A DNA stretch of 63,850 nucleotides, filler included, from Octopus bimaculoides (Eukaryota): NCBI RefSeq assembly GCF_001194135.2. It is 6 parts of 5 records of this genome, joined end to end, with 100 filler letters (N's around TTAATTAATTAA, not from the genome) between each part and the next. Parts side by side here need not be neighbours in the genome. Positions count along the whole stretch, not along the records: positions 24,481 to 30,557 come from NC_068987.1; positions 30,658 to 37,880 come from NC_068988.1; positions 37,981 to 56,994 come from NC_068995.1; 3 more parts are not named here. One strand, 5' to 3'. This document shows positions 26,141 through 37,981 of this stretch, in pieces. A program made the position numbers and the translations under genes. Every line of letters begins with the position of its first letter. Position 1 is the stretch's first letter. The notes beneath the pieces were generated by a model. That model did no database searches. It was given only the letters and a program-made list of their open reading frames with translations, and was not told the DNA's origin.

Positions 26141-28262
26141 GTGCCAGTTATATGCAATTAATCTATTAAATTAAAGCTACAGTATCTAACCAAGCTATAT
26201 CTTGTGAAAACAGCTTAGATTCCTTTTCAGAAATAGTAACAATTATTTCGGCAGATGAATCTTATTTGAATCAATGGCGATTAACATTGGATGCTGAACG
26301 GTTGAATAGACGACAAATTGTCAATGGCCCGGATCAGCCAGTTCAGTTAGTGGAGTACTGCTATCATCTAAAGTCATGGCGTGCGTAAATGAGATATTTC
26401 AACATGCGAAATACCAATGTGACCAAAACCCGAGTCAAACATTCATGCCTCGTCGCTCGATCGAGATGTCTGACGTGGAAGAAATACATTGGACTGTGCA
26501 ACTCACCTCACTGAATGACGAGCATTTTTTTGCAAAATGCATTATTTATTTATTTGCTTATTTATTTATTTTTGGTGCGATTTTAAAGCTTCCGCCGAAA
26601 TTTCACGCGTAAAACTGAGTATAAGTATTAAAAGAAGAGCCACTTAGTTTTCTAAAGGATGTCGAATTGTCTCTGCATCACCACTGCTGCAACTGTTTCT
26701 ACTGTTTGTTCAGGGATAAAAAGTTTAGCTGCTTCCTCTAGATAGTATCGAATGTATGAACGAAGCAAGTGGTTAAATAACATACTTGAAAAATAGTGGT
26801 AATGCTGAAATTTTTTTCTATTCTGATTTCTTCCAGTGTCACTAAATATAGACATTCTGTTTCTACGGCCACATCTTCGCTGTCTGTTCGAAATTTAGGT
26901 TTTATAAATAGAATCCCAAAGGGAACGGCCGAAATGAGATACACATTTCTGTGCCTCTTCCTCCGCAATGTTCTGACGTTATTTTTGGCCACCACTGCCA
27001 GAAGTTCCATTCCGATGTAACACTGACATATCCAGTTGGATTATTTCTCTTTTTATTTACGAATCTAGTACTTTTTGCGTTGACCTTCCAGTGATATTTA
27101 TTAATTAATCTGTGATTGCTGCATGGTAAGGGCGAGATCGTTAGTCCCATGAATATCGAAAATTTATAAAAATAGAAATGTTTGGTGAAGTAACTCTGTG
27201 TGGTGTATGCAAGTCGTCTACGACCAGATTCCAATTATGAATTGAGGATAAATAGCACTTCAATTGAAGTAGAGGTGTCTTTTGACAGACCAGTATAGGG
27301 GCTTGTTTCTAGCGCATCGTAAATTGCATTTTGAAGGAAAATAAACTAACTCGAATTTTTGCATACTTTTAAAAAGAGAAAGATTATGATGTTAATCTAC
27401 AAAAGTGCAACAGTTGTTAAAAGAAGAAATATACGCTCAAACGGGGAAAAATTTACGATTTCGACTGAAATACTGGCCATCCTTCTTTGTGGACTTGAAA
27501 ACAGAGAGATGCGTTCAGATTCTGAGCGACTATCTACATTGTGCTCAGTGCGTGATCTATCTCGGGCATGAAAAAGTAAACATTTCCGCAGAACTGTGCA
27601 AATTCTGGCTATTATATCAGTGGTTATATTATCATTTTTGCAAGAAGAGACTCTGCAATAGTAGCCTTATTTTCACAGTCCAGAAAACCACCAAGCTATG
27701 TTCTTAAACGAGGCGCAAGCAACTATTGAAGTGATTCGTCACTACTGAATCACATTAGCTACATGTTTGATAAGCAGGATAGAACAGAAGAACGAGAAAA
27801 TGTAACATTAGAGAATTAAATTATTGTTTTATAGCTTGGATGTTGTTTACCGACCTGATAAATATAATGTTGTTACTGACATGTTTTTTCAGCTAGTATT
27901 GTTGGATGACACTTCACGAACACACGCACCTTTGGTTGAGTTTCGTAATATGTTGTGCCACCCAGGGATTACTCGTTTGTATAAGCTTTGAGATCTAAAA
28001 CCATGCTCTACTCTCAAGAGGAAGTAGGACGCTTGGATTGTATAGCGTAAGTGCAGAACGGTAAGTAAAATTTCCCCAACCAGAGAAAACACATCACATA
28101 AAAGCTACTGAGTGCCTTTTGGATGGCTACATATCAACTTCAAAGGACTTCTTTTCTAGGATCGACACCAATCGATAATTTCTTAGCATTTGTATTATAT
28201 ATATCTTTATACGAATGCACGAATGTGTATGTGTATACACACATTTGTGTATGCATAGAAAT

Positions 28263-28336
<74 letters not shown>

Positions 28337-29146
28337 GTCTACATATATANNNNNNNNNNNNNNNNNNNNNNNNNNNNNNNNNNNNNNNNNNNNNNNNNNN
28401 NNNNNNNNNNNTATACATATATGCATGCATACATTTGTAATATATGTATACACATGTATATGTATTTTACATAAATAAAGGAATTCGCGAAGGTAGCAGA
28501 GTTGTGAATTCCTTTATTTATGTAGAATATCGAAACACACGGCTCTTATAAGTTTGGTTACAAAATATAAATGCATGTTATTATACGTGTGTTTATATAT
28601 TCCTGTATGTGTATATGTACGTATATGAGTGTGTGTGTGTGTGGGTGTGAGTGTGTGTGTCTGTGTGTCTGTGTCTGTTTCTCTGTGTGGGGGGAGCGGG
28701 GAGCATTTCAGTAAATTCCAACATATGCATACTTGAAAAATTACAACAATTATACCATTAGACAAAAAAAACCCTGAAAAAGTGGCAACTTGTAACAAAA
28801 TACCACATCGTGTTTTTATTGTAAAAACTTGCCTGTTGTTTCGCGACGTCAGAAATTAGATGAAACAGTGGTGATATTGGGCCGCTGGAAATCTGTGCCC
28901 TGTGAAATATTTTCCGACGCCCACAGATCTATCAAAAACGACGCAGTCAAAACTGAGTATGAGCAGATTTGATCGCAGTACGAAAAGAGCAGTAACTAAC
29001 TAATGTCCACAGCTGTTTATAAGTTGCCTTCAATTATATGATTTCTAAAGGACGCTAAAGAAAAGCCAGATCAGAGAAATTGAAATTTATTCAAAATACA
29101 TTTAAAAGGTGTTAGCAATTTAAAATACGTCAGAAAGTGTATGTTG

Positions 29147-29196
<50 letters not shown>

Positions 29197-29393
29197 TAGT
29201 TAGATTAATACATAGATGAATGCATATATATCATATCATATATTACACGTGTGGATATATGTATATATATATATATATTTATATAATATATATATTAGAT
29301 AGATAGGTAAATAAATATATCATATTACATAATGCACATGTATATATATATATATACGCATATATACACACACACACATATATATATGTACAA

Positions 29394-29449
<56 letters not shown>

Positions 29450-29505
29450 GAGTACGCGCGGATAATGATATAGATATATATGAATATATGAACTAGAAAT
29501 GCATA

Positions 29506-29545
<40 letters not shown>

Positions 29546-29992
29546 CTTTCATACGCATAAGTTTTCAAGTGTATATATATTATGTATACATGTTTGTGAG
29601 TATATATATATTTATATATATATATATATATGCATAAGTGGTGTTTATACATGTGTGGGTTGAGGTACAGGTATGTGCGTATAAATAGNNNNNNNNNNNN
29701 NNNNNNNNNNNNNNNNNNNNNNNNNNNNNNNNNNNNNNNNNNNNNNNNNNNNNNNNNNNNNNNNNNNNNNNNNNNNNNNNNNNNNNNNNNNNNNNNNNNN
29801 NNNNNNNNNNNNNNNNNNNNNNNNNNNNNNNNNNNNNNNNNNNNNNNNNNNNNNNNNNNNNNNNNNNNNNNNNNNNNNNNNNNNNNNNNNNNNNNNNNNN
29901 NNNNNNNNNNNNNNNNNNNNNNNNNNNNNNNNNNNNNNNNNNNNNNNNNNNNNNNNNNNNNNNNNNNNNNNNNNNNNNNNNNNNNNNNNNNN

Positions 29993-30047
<55 letters not shown>

Positions 30048-30364
30048 CTTTCATACGCATAAGTTTTCAAGTGTATATATATTATGTATACATGTTTGTG
30101 AGTATATATATATTTATATATATATATATATGCATAAGTGGTGTTTATACATGTGTGGGTTGAGGTACAGGTATGTGCGTATAAATAGCATCATTATATA
30201 TGCTTCTCTGTGAGCATTGGTAAATTTCATTCTTTGAGATGATATACACACTTACAAAACATGTACAGTAGGAATATATCAAATATCAATCCAATATTAT
30301 AAATTGGTATCAAGATACACAAATAGATAGATGTATAGATAGATAGACAGATAAATAGACAGAC

Positions 30365-30422
<58 letters not shown>

Positions 30423-30657
30423 GACACAAATATAAATATTCAAGAATATAGGAATATATATATGTGCATGAGGGTGTCTGTCTGCTTGTACGTATGTGTT
30501 TCTACATGTGTATGGAAATATAAGTATATATGTATGTATCGATATATATATATATATNNNNNNNNNNNNNNNNNNNNNNNNNNNNNNNNNNNNNNNNNNN
30601 NTTAATTAATTAANNNNNNNNNNNNNNNNNNNNNNNNNNNNNNNNNNNNNNNNNNNN

Positions 30658-30696
<39 letters not shown>

Positions 30697-30912
30697 ATTA
30701 TAGTATAGATTACTGTATCTAGTGGTAATACAAGTTAAATTTTTCAAAACTATGATTATTTTTAATCTCTGCTCAATCTCCCATTAGTGGTATGCGTATA
30801 TTAGACTAAAGAAAGATTTTGTAGATCTTTTGGGTAAAAACTGCGTCCAGTAGCTATCTCGAGTATTTTGTTGAATGCTGTGTTTTTCGCAGCGCGCCAT
30901 GAAAGCCCTAAG

Positions 30913-32505
30913 ATGATGCCCAAACGCCCTACACCTTCTAAGGCGTCTGGCAGTGAACCTAAGCGCCAAAAAAGGTTATGACACTCCACGAGAAGGTACA
31001 ACCGCTGGATATGTTCCAGCAAGGTAATGTTATGCTGCAGCATGTCGCTATTATGTTGTCAACAAAAGCACCATACGCTACATAAAGAAGAACGAAGTGG
31101 CGATCAGGACTACTGTAGCAGTAAGTTTCTGTGGAAGTGTCAGAAAGATAACGATAGTGAGAAATACGCACTTAGCCAGGATGGAATCTGCTTTGGCCTT
31201 ATTGATCAGTGACTGCAAGAAGAAAAACATTCCCTTGAGCGGTAACATCATTCGCAGGAAAACGCTGAAATTATACCAGCAGTTTTACAGAGGAGACAGA
31301 GGAGAAAGCACCGAAGAACCGCAACCAAGACCATTGACAGCACCGGAGCCCGAGATTTTCAAGCCGACATGGGATGGTTTGGTCATTTCTAGAAACTGCT
31401 TAAAATAAAGTGTTTCCCTGCATGTTGAGACAGCTTCAGCCGACAAGGAAGCCGCCAAAAAGTACCTCGAGACCTTCAGGCAGATCATCGAGGACAAGGG
31501 ATACAAGACGGAACAGGTTTTCAATATGGACGAGACTGGCTTGTTCTGGAAGAAGATGCCTTCCAGAACGTACATCATGAAGGACGGAGCCAGAGCCCCA
31601 GGATTTAAGGCACAGAAGAACAGAGTGACACTAATTATGTGGTAATGCTGCTGGCTTCAAGGTGAAACTAGGATTAATCTACAAGTCCGCGAACCCAAGG
31701 GCCTTCAAAAATAAGANNNNNNNNNNNNNNNNNNNNNNNNNNNNNNNNNNNNNNNNNNNNNNNNNNNNNNNNNNNNNNNNNNNNNNNNNNNNNNNNNNNN
31801 NNNNNNNNNNNNNNNNNNNNNNNNNNNNNNNNNNNNNNNNNNNNNNNNNNNNNNNNNNNNNNNNNNNNNNNNNNNNNNNNNNNNNNNNNNNNNNNNNNNN
31901 NNNNNNNNNNNNNNNNNNNNNNNNNNNNNNNNNNNNNNNNNNNNNNNNNNNNNNNNNNNNNNNNNNNNNNNNNNNNNNNNNNNNNNNNNNNNNNNNNNNN
32001 NNNNNNNNNNNNNNNNNNNNNNNNNNNNNNNNNNNNNNNNNNNNNNNNNNNNNNNNNNNNNNNNNNNNNNNNNNNNNNNNNNNNNNNNNNNNNNNNNNNN
32101 NNNNNNNNNNNNNNNNNNNNNNNNNNNNNNNNNNNNNNNNNNNNNNNNNNNNNNNNNNNNNNNNNNNNNNNNNNNNNNNNNNNNNNNNNNNNNNNNNNNN
32201 NNNNNNNNNNNNNNNNNNNNNNNNNNNNNNNNNNNNNNNNNNNNNNNNNNNNNNNNNNNNNNNNNNNNNNNNNNNNNNNNNNNNNNNNNNNNNNNNNNNN
32301 NNNNNNNNNNNNNNNNNNNNNNNNNNNNNNNNNNNNNNNNNNNNNGAAGTGCCAGATCCAGAGGAAGGGGAAGATGAGGTGGGCCTGGCTGCCCAACGTC
32401 TGTCTGACCTCTTAAGGACAGCAAAGGAATTGCAAATGAAGGTGAAAGCATGGGATCCCTATATGGTTCGGTCTCTCCAATTTAAAAATGCCATCGATAC
32501 TGCCA
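30913..32505 (+). mobile_element. Tigger/pogo (TIGD1-like) transposase pseudogene, spanning a gap
   Basis: MPKRPTPSK...VMTLHEKV (CENP-B-type HTH start), RMESALALLI, SADKEAAKKY, QVFNMDETGLFWKKMPSRTYI (D at 31529), GNAAGFKVKLGLIYKSANPRAFKNK; after the gap WDPYMVRSLQF. Frameshifts are present. Confidence 0.92.
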
Positions 32506-32509
32506 TTTA

Positions 32510-33300
32510 TTTTATTCTTTCGGGTTGTCAGTCTGTGGAGGGTCGGTAGGTTGTTCTATTGCGGTGCTGATTGACTTCCTTCTCTCTTTCTCCGGGTTGT
32601 CAGCTTGTGGTGGGTTGATGGATTGTTTCGTCGTGGTGCTGGTTGGCTCTCCTTTGCTTTCTCTTTCGGGTCGTCAGACTGTGGTGGGTTGCTTGGTGGA
32701 GGAGGTGCTTCTGGTTGTAGGACCTGTGGGCACGTGGTTTATATGTGACTCTTTTGTACACACTTAAAGCACCTTGGACTTATTCCCTCCACCACGATTC
32801 TTAGTGTGGTCTCGAAGTATTATTTGCTCTGGTATTTCTTCTAAATCCCTCTGGATGGCCTGCATTATTAGCTCCAGACTTTGCACCCCCCGCCCCATCT
32901 GCTGGTGTAGCCTGGTGGCCTGAAGGATAGTGGCTCTATCCTCGAGGTTCAGCAGCATGGCAGCCACCAGCCACACCGCATCGATTTCTAGTCGAACCTC
33001 CTCTATCCTTATTTTCGATGTTCGCCTTCCATATAAACCGGGCCGACTTGCACTTTTTCGCTAGCGACACCGGCCACGGACGTGTAGTTAATTTTTCTAT
33101 TACAATTCTGTGTTTCAATCGAAGGTCGGGTTCATCATTCTCTGGTGTGTTTTTCTCTTCTTCCGTTTGGCAAAATTGGAGGGAGGGTAATATTTGTTCG
33201 CACAATTCCCCCCAAAAGTAGTCTGGAATTACATTTTGGGAGACGTCAACTTCCATGTATTGATTGTGTAAAAAAATTTCCACAAAAGAAAATAATTCGC
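32510..33300 (-). mobile_element. L1/Tx1-like LINE ORF1 remnant with CCHC zinc knuckle
   Basis: RIVVEGISPR-CFKCVQKSHI*TTC (CX2CX4HX4C at 32730-32771, internal stop), followed by about 70-bp P/Q/K/E-rich coding repeats. It truncates the Tigger C-terminus. Confidence 0.7.
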
Positions 33301-33545
33301 CCCTAAACAGGGGGAATTCGCGCAAAAAACGAACCTGCCAAAGCAGGCACTGTGTCCAAAAGATACAGGAAACAGCAAACATTGTATGACAGCTCCAAAA
33401 CAATGATAATCCCAAAAGGGAAAACTTACAATGAAAAGAGAGCAGCAGAAAAACATGTCCGTTAATGACTCTCCTCAGACACCAGAAAATAGTATGGTAT
33501 TATCCAAACAATTTCCAAAACAAGGTGGTCAAAAATTAAAAAAAA

Positions 33546-33759
33546 CAACACGGATTTTAAAGGTTATTGCAGTACGCACGTTTCATGCTACTCCATTTAT
33601 TTAAGTAATGCGAGCATTACATTAAATGCTAAATGCAGAGCAATCTTCAGCTCTGCAGTTTTTGCTTCGCATTTTGCATTTAATGTAATGGTCGCATTAC
33701 TTAAATAAATGGAGTAGCATGAAACGTGCGTACTGCAATAACCTTTAAAATCCGTGTTG
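33546..33759. repeat. Long inverted repeat: 91-bp arms, 2 mismatches, 32-nt spacer
   Basis: 33546-33636 vs the reverse complement of 33669-33759 differ only at gcgagcatt/gcgaccatt and gctaaatgc/gcaaaatgc. Internal mini-hairpin gcagagc/gctctgc. Confidence 0.95.
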
Positions 33760-34749
33760 CTTTTTTTGATTTTATATATACATATATATNNNNNNNNNNN
33801 NNNNNNNNNNNNNNNNNNNNNNNNNNNNNNNNNNNNNNNNNNNNNNNNNNNNNNNNNNNNNNNNNNNNNNNNNNNNNNNNNNNNNNNNNNNNNNNNNNNN
33901 NNNNNNNNNNNNNNNNNNNNNNNNNNNNNNNNNNNNNNNNNNNNNNNNNNNNNNNNNNNNNNNNNNNNNNNNNNNNNNNNNNNNNNNNNNNNNNNNNNNN
34001 NNNNNNNNNNNNNNNNNNNNNNNNNNNNNNNNNNNNNNNNNNNNNNNNNNNNNNNNNNNNNNNNNNNNNNNNNNNNNNNNNNNNNNNNNNNNNNNNNNNN
34101 NNNNNNNNNNNNNNNNNNNNNNNNNNNNNNNNNNNNNNNNNNNNNNNNNNNNNNNNNNNNNNNNNNNNNNNNNNNNNNNNNNNNNNNNNNNNNNNNNNNN
34201 NNNNNNNNNNNNNNNNNNNNNNNNNNNNNNNNNNNNNNNNNNNNNNNNNNNNNNNNNNNNNNNNNNNNNNNNNNNNNNNNNNNNNNNNNNNNNNNNNNNN
34301 NNNNNNNNNNNNNNNNNNNNNNNNNNNNNNNNNNNNNNNNNNNNNNNNNNNNNNNNNNNNNNNNNNNNNNNNNNNNNNNNNNNNNNNNNNNNNNNNNNNN
34401 NNNNNNNNNNNNNNNNNNNNNNNNNNNNNNNNNNNNNNNNNNNNNNNNNNNNNNNNNNNNNNNNNNNNNNNNNNNNNNNNNNNNNNNNNNNNNNNNNNNN
34501 NNNNNNNNNNNNNNNNNNNNNNNNNNNNNNNNNNNNNNNNNNNNNNNNNNNNNNNNNNNNNNNNNNNNNNNNNNNNNNNNNNNNNNNNNNNNNNNNNNNN
34601 NNNNNNNNNNNNNNNNNNNNNNNNNNNNNNNNNNNNNNNNNNNNNNNNNNNNNNNNNNNNNNNNNNNNNNNNNNNNNNNNNNNNNNNNNNNNNNNNNNNN
34701 NNNNNNNNNNNNNNNNNNNNNNNNNNNNNNNNNNNNNNNNNNNNNNNNN

Positions 34750-34785
<36 letters not shown>

Positions 34786-35044
34786 GTTCATGTTTTTGCC
34801 TGTGAAATCAACAGATATCAATATATATTGAGATGGTTGTTTTTGCTTTTTCTGTTTCTTACATACTTATTTCTTGGTAGATAAACACACGTACTTCATA
34901 TTCGTTCTTCAGAACATGTATTATTGTTATTTTATGCCCTTTGGCTGGAAATCTTTCGCCATACACCTTGTGTCGGCTTCACTGACTCACCATCCCACGT
35001 GTCTTCTCCTGTTATATATATATATATGTGTGTATATTCATATG

Positions 35045-35122
35045 CCAACGGACATATGGCGTAGTGGTTAAGAGCACGGGCTACTAACGCCAAGATTCCA
35101 AGTTCGATTCCAGGCTGTGACG

Positions 35123-35159
<37 letters not shown>

Positions 35160-35313
35160 CAACATCGAAAAATACCTTAGGAATGAGAACACAGGTTCGA
35201 AATTTCTCCCAAGACACCTGATGAAGGCTGAAGGGTATATCAGCCGAAACGTTGTGTCAACAACAAACAAGATGAGGACAAATATCCGTCAAATGTAAAT
35301 AATGTAAATAATA
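35045..35313 (+). mobile_element. tRNA-headed short element with (AAT)n spacer and hammerhead-containing tail
   Basis: A-box TGGCGTAGTGG (35057-35067), B-box GTTCGATTCC (35102-35111), (AAT)n at about 35125-35156, hammerhead at 35213-35258. No TTTT terminator before the gap at 35314. Confidence 0.8.
35213..35258 (+). ncRNA. Minimal type I hammerhead ribozyme (HHR-1)
   Basis: Stem I GACAC (35213-17)/GTGTC (35254-58); CTGATGA (35218-24); extra A; stem II GGCTGA/TCAGCC (35226-31/35240-45); GAAA (35246-49); palindromic stem III ACGT; triplet GUU with predicted cut after 35253. Confidence 0.75.
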
Positions 35314-36348
35314 NNNNNNNNNNNNNNNNNNNNNNNNNNNNNNNNNNNNNNNNNNNNNNNNNNNNNNNNNNNNNNNNNNNNNNNNNNNNNNNNNNNNNNN
35401 NNNNNNNNNNNNNNNNNNNNNNNNNNNNNNNNNNNNNNNNNNNNNNNNNNNNNNNNNNNNNNNNNNNNNNNNNNNNNNNNNNNNNNNNNNNNNNNNNNNN
35501 NNNNNNNNNNNNNNNNNNNNNNNNNNNNNNNNNNNNNNNNNNNNNNNNNNNNNNNNNNNNNNNNNNNNNNNNNNNNNNNNNNNNNNNNNNNNNNNNNNNN
35601 NNNNNNNNNNNNNNNNNNNNNNNNNNNNNNNNNNNNNNNNNNNNNNNNNNNNNNNNNNNNNNNNNNNNNNNNNNNNNNNNNNNNNNNNNNNNNNNNNNNN
35701 NNNNNNNNNNNNNNNNNNNNNNNNNNNNNNNNNNNNNNNNNNNNNNNNNNNNNNNNNNNNNNNNNNNNNNNNNNNNNNNNNNNNNNNNNNNNNNNNNNNN
35801 NNNNNNNNNNNNNNNNNNNNNNNNNNNNNNNNNNNNNNNNNNNNNNNNNNNNNNNNNNNNNNNNNNNNNNNNNNNNNNNNNNNNNNNNNNNNNNNNNATA
35901 TTATTGAAGCTAGAAAGACGAACAACTTAGTAGTTCTGAATATTCACGAATGTTTGACGAACAAGTGAATCTCTGAGAAACGGGGCAATTAACTTACTCT
36001 GTGTTTGATATGCTAGTGCAGTCTTATCCACCTTACTTTTGCACATATGGGGACACATATGAACGTGCGTGCGTGCGTGAGTGCGTGTGTGTGTTATGTT
36101 ATATATATATATATATATATATAATATGCATACAAAGGCTCACGTGCATACAAGGCATAATTTCTTTAGTAAATTTATATCAAATATCACGAATGCATCT
36201 TATGTGAAGACTGCATTTATATACACGAGTTATCTGGAAAATATTCTGAAGTACTTCATGCGCAGTAGTTAATTCTAAACATATTCCATGCATATACATA
36301 TCCGTCTGTATGCGGATCTGTTTGTGCGTGTGCGTATCCTAATGAAGC

Positions 36349-36464
<116 letters not shown>

Positions 36465-36550
36465 TTCTCCCTCTGAAACAAAGAAATGATAACAGACATA
36501 CACACACATACATACACACACACATACATACACACACACATATGTATATA

Positions 36551-36587
<37 letters not shown>

Positions 36588-36589
36588 GT

Positions 36590-36810
36590 GTATGTGTTTG
36601 TGTTAGTGCTTGCCCCCTTTCTCCATTTGACAACCGGTGTTGGTGTGTTTACGTCACCGTATCTTGTGGTTCGGCAAAAGAGACCGATACAATAATAAGA
36701 ACTAGTCTTAAGAAAGTCTTGAGGTCGATTTGTTCGTCTCAAACCCTTCAAAGCGTTGCTCCAGCATGATCGCAGCCAAATAACTTAAACAAGTAACAGA
36801 ATAAAGGAAT
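36590..36810 (+). mobile_element. SINE family B 3' half
   Basis: ttgacaaccggtgttggtgtgtttacgtc...ggttcggcaaaagagaccgata...gctccagcatg. Confidence 0.8.
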
Positions 36811-37015
36811 ATATAGCCAAACACACAGTCTTATATACAAATACGTATAAAAGAAGAAACAATACGGACATTGAACAGCATTCTTTATCTAAATTCACTA
36901 GAATTGCGTTAACGCATTTTCAGAGACATAACTACATTGGTGAGATGATAAAATTTACATGTATAATCTCTGCAATCCATCCAAGGAGTAAGATGCCCTT
37001 CCTCAAGTAACTGTT

Positions 37016-37060
<45 letters not shown>

Positions 37061-37370
37061 NNNNNNNNNNNNNNNNNNNNNNNNNNNNNNNNNNNNNNNN
37101 NNNNNNNNNNNNNNNNNNNNNNNNNNNNNNNNNNNNNNNNNNNNNNNNNNNNNNNNNNNNGTGTTTCAGCCAAGTGGCTGCGGTCATATATATGTACATA
37201 TATATGTATAAATATATAAATATATACATATGTGTGAATAAATAGAAGTATATACATATATATGCATATATATATGCACCAGCATGACCGCAGCCACTTG
37301 GCTGAAACACATAAATAAATAAATAAAAAAAAATATATACATATATATCTATACATAAATATATATATGC

Positions 37371-37440
<70 letters not shown>

Positions 37441-37654
37441 GTATATATAAATATGCACATATATATGTATATATAAATATATACATACACACATACATGT
37501 ATATATGTATATGAATATGCATATTAGCGTTTATATGAAGTACAGAATTATATAAACATTATATATATAATATGTATATATTAGAAATTTCAAATTCCTT
37601 AGCTTATGACAGACGTCGTAATATGTTATCTCAGTGGTACCCAAGCGTTTCACC

Positions 37655-37795
37655 TCTCAAGGACTGCAAGGTTTTGGTCGGCCCGAGGCTATAGTATAAA
37701 ACACTTGCCCAAGGTGCCACCCAGTGGGACTGAACCCGGAACCATGTGGTTGGTAAGCAAGCTACTTACCACACAGCCACTCCTGCGCCTATACA
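37655..37795 (-). mobile_element. SINE family B head
   Basis: Reverse complement of ataggcgcaggagtggctgtgtggtaagtagcttgcttaccaaccacatggttccgggttcagtccc. Confidence 0.85.
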
Positions 37796-37981
37796 TGTGT
37801 AAATATATAAATACATAACTTTATATATGAATGCATACATACATACATATGTATAAACGTATATATATATATATATATATNNNNNNNNNNNNNNNNNNNN
37901 NNNNNNNNNNNNNNNNNNNNNNNNTTAATTAATTAANNNNNNNNNNNNNNNNNNNNNNNNNNNNNNNNNNNNNNNNNNNNT

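Noticed and set aside
29541-30188. Identical ~148-bp direct repeat on both sides of a gap (29541-29688 and 30043-30188); similarly 58300-58427 and about 58620-58745
   Set aside because: Identical copies bordering an N gap are typical false duplications from unmerged contig overlap.
32660-32680. Minus-strand CTGACGA-CCC-GAAA hammerhead-like core
   Set aside because: No stem II is possible and it lies within the coding repeats of the LINE ORF1 remnant.
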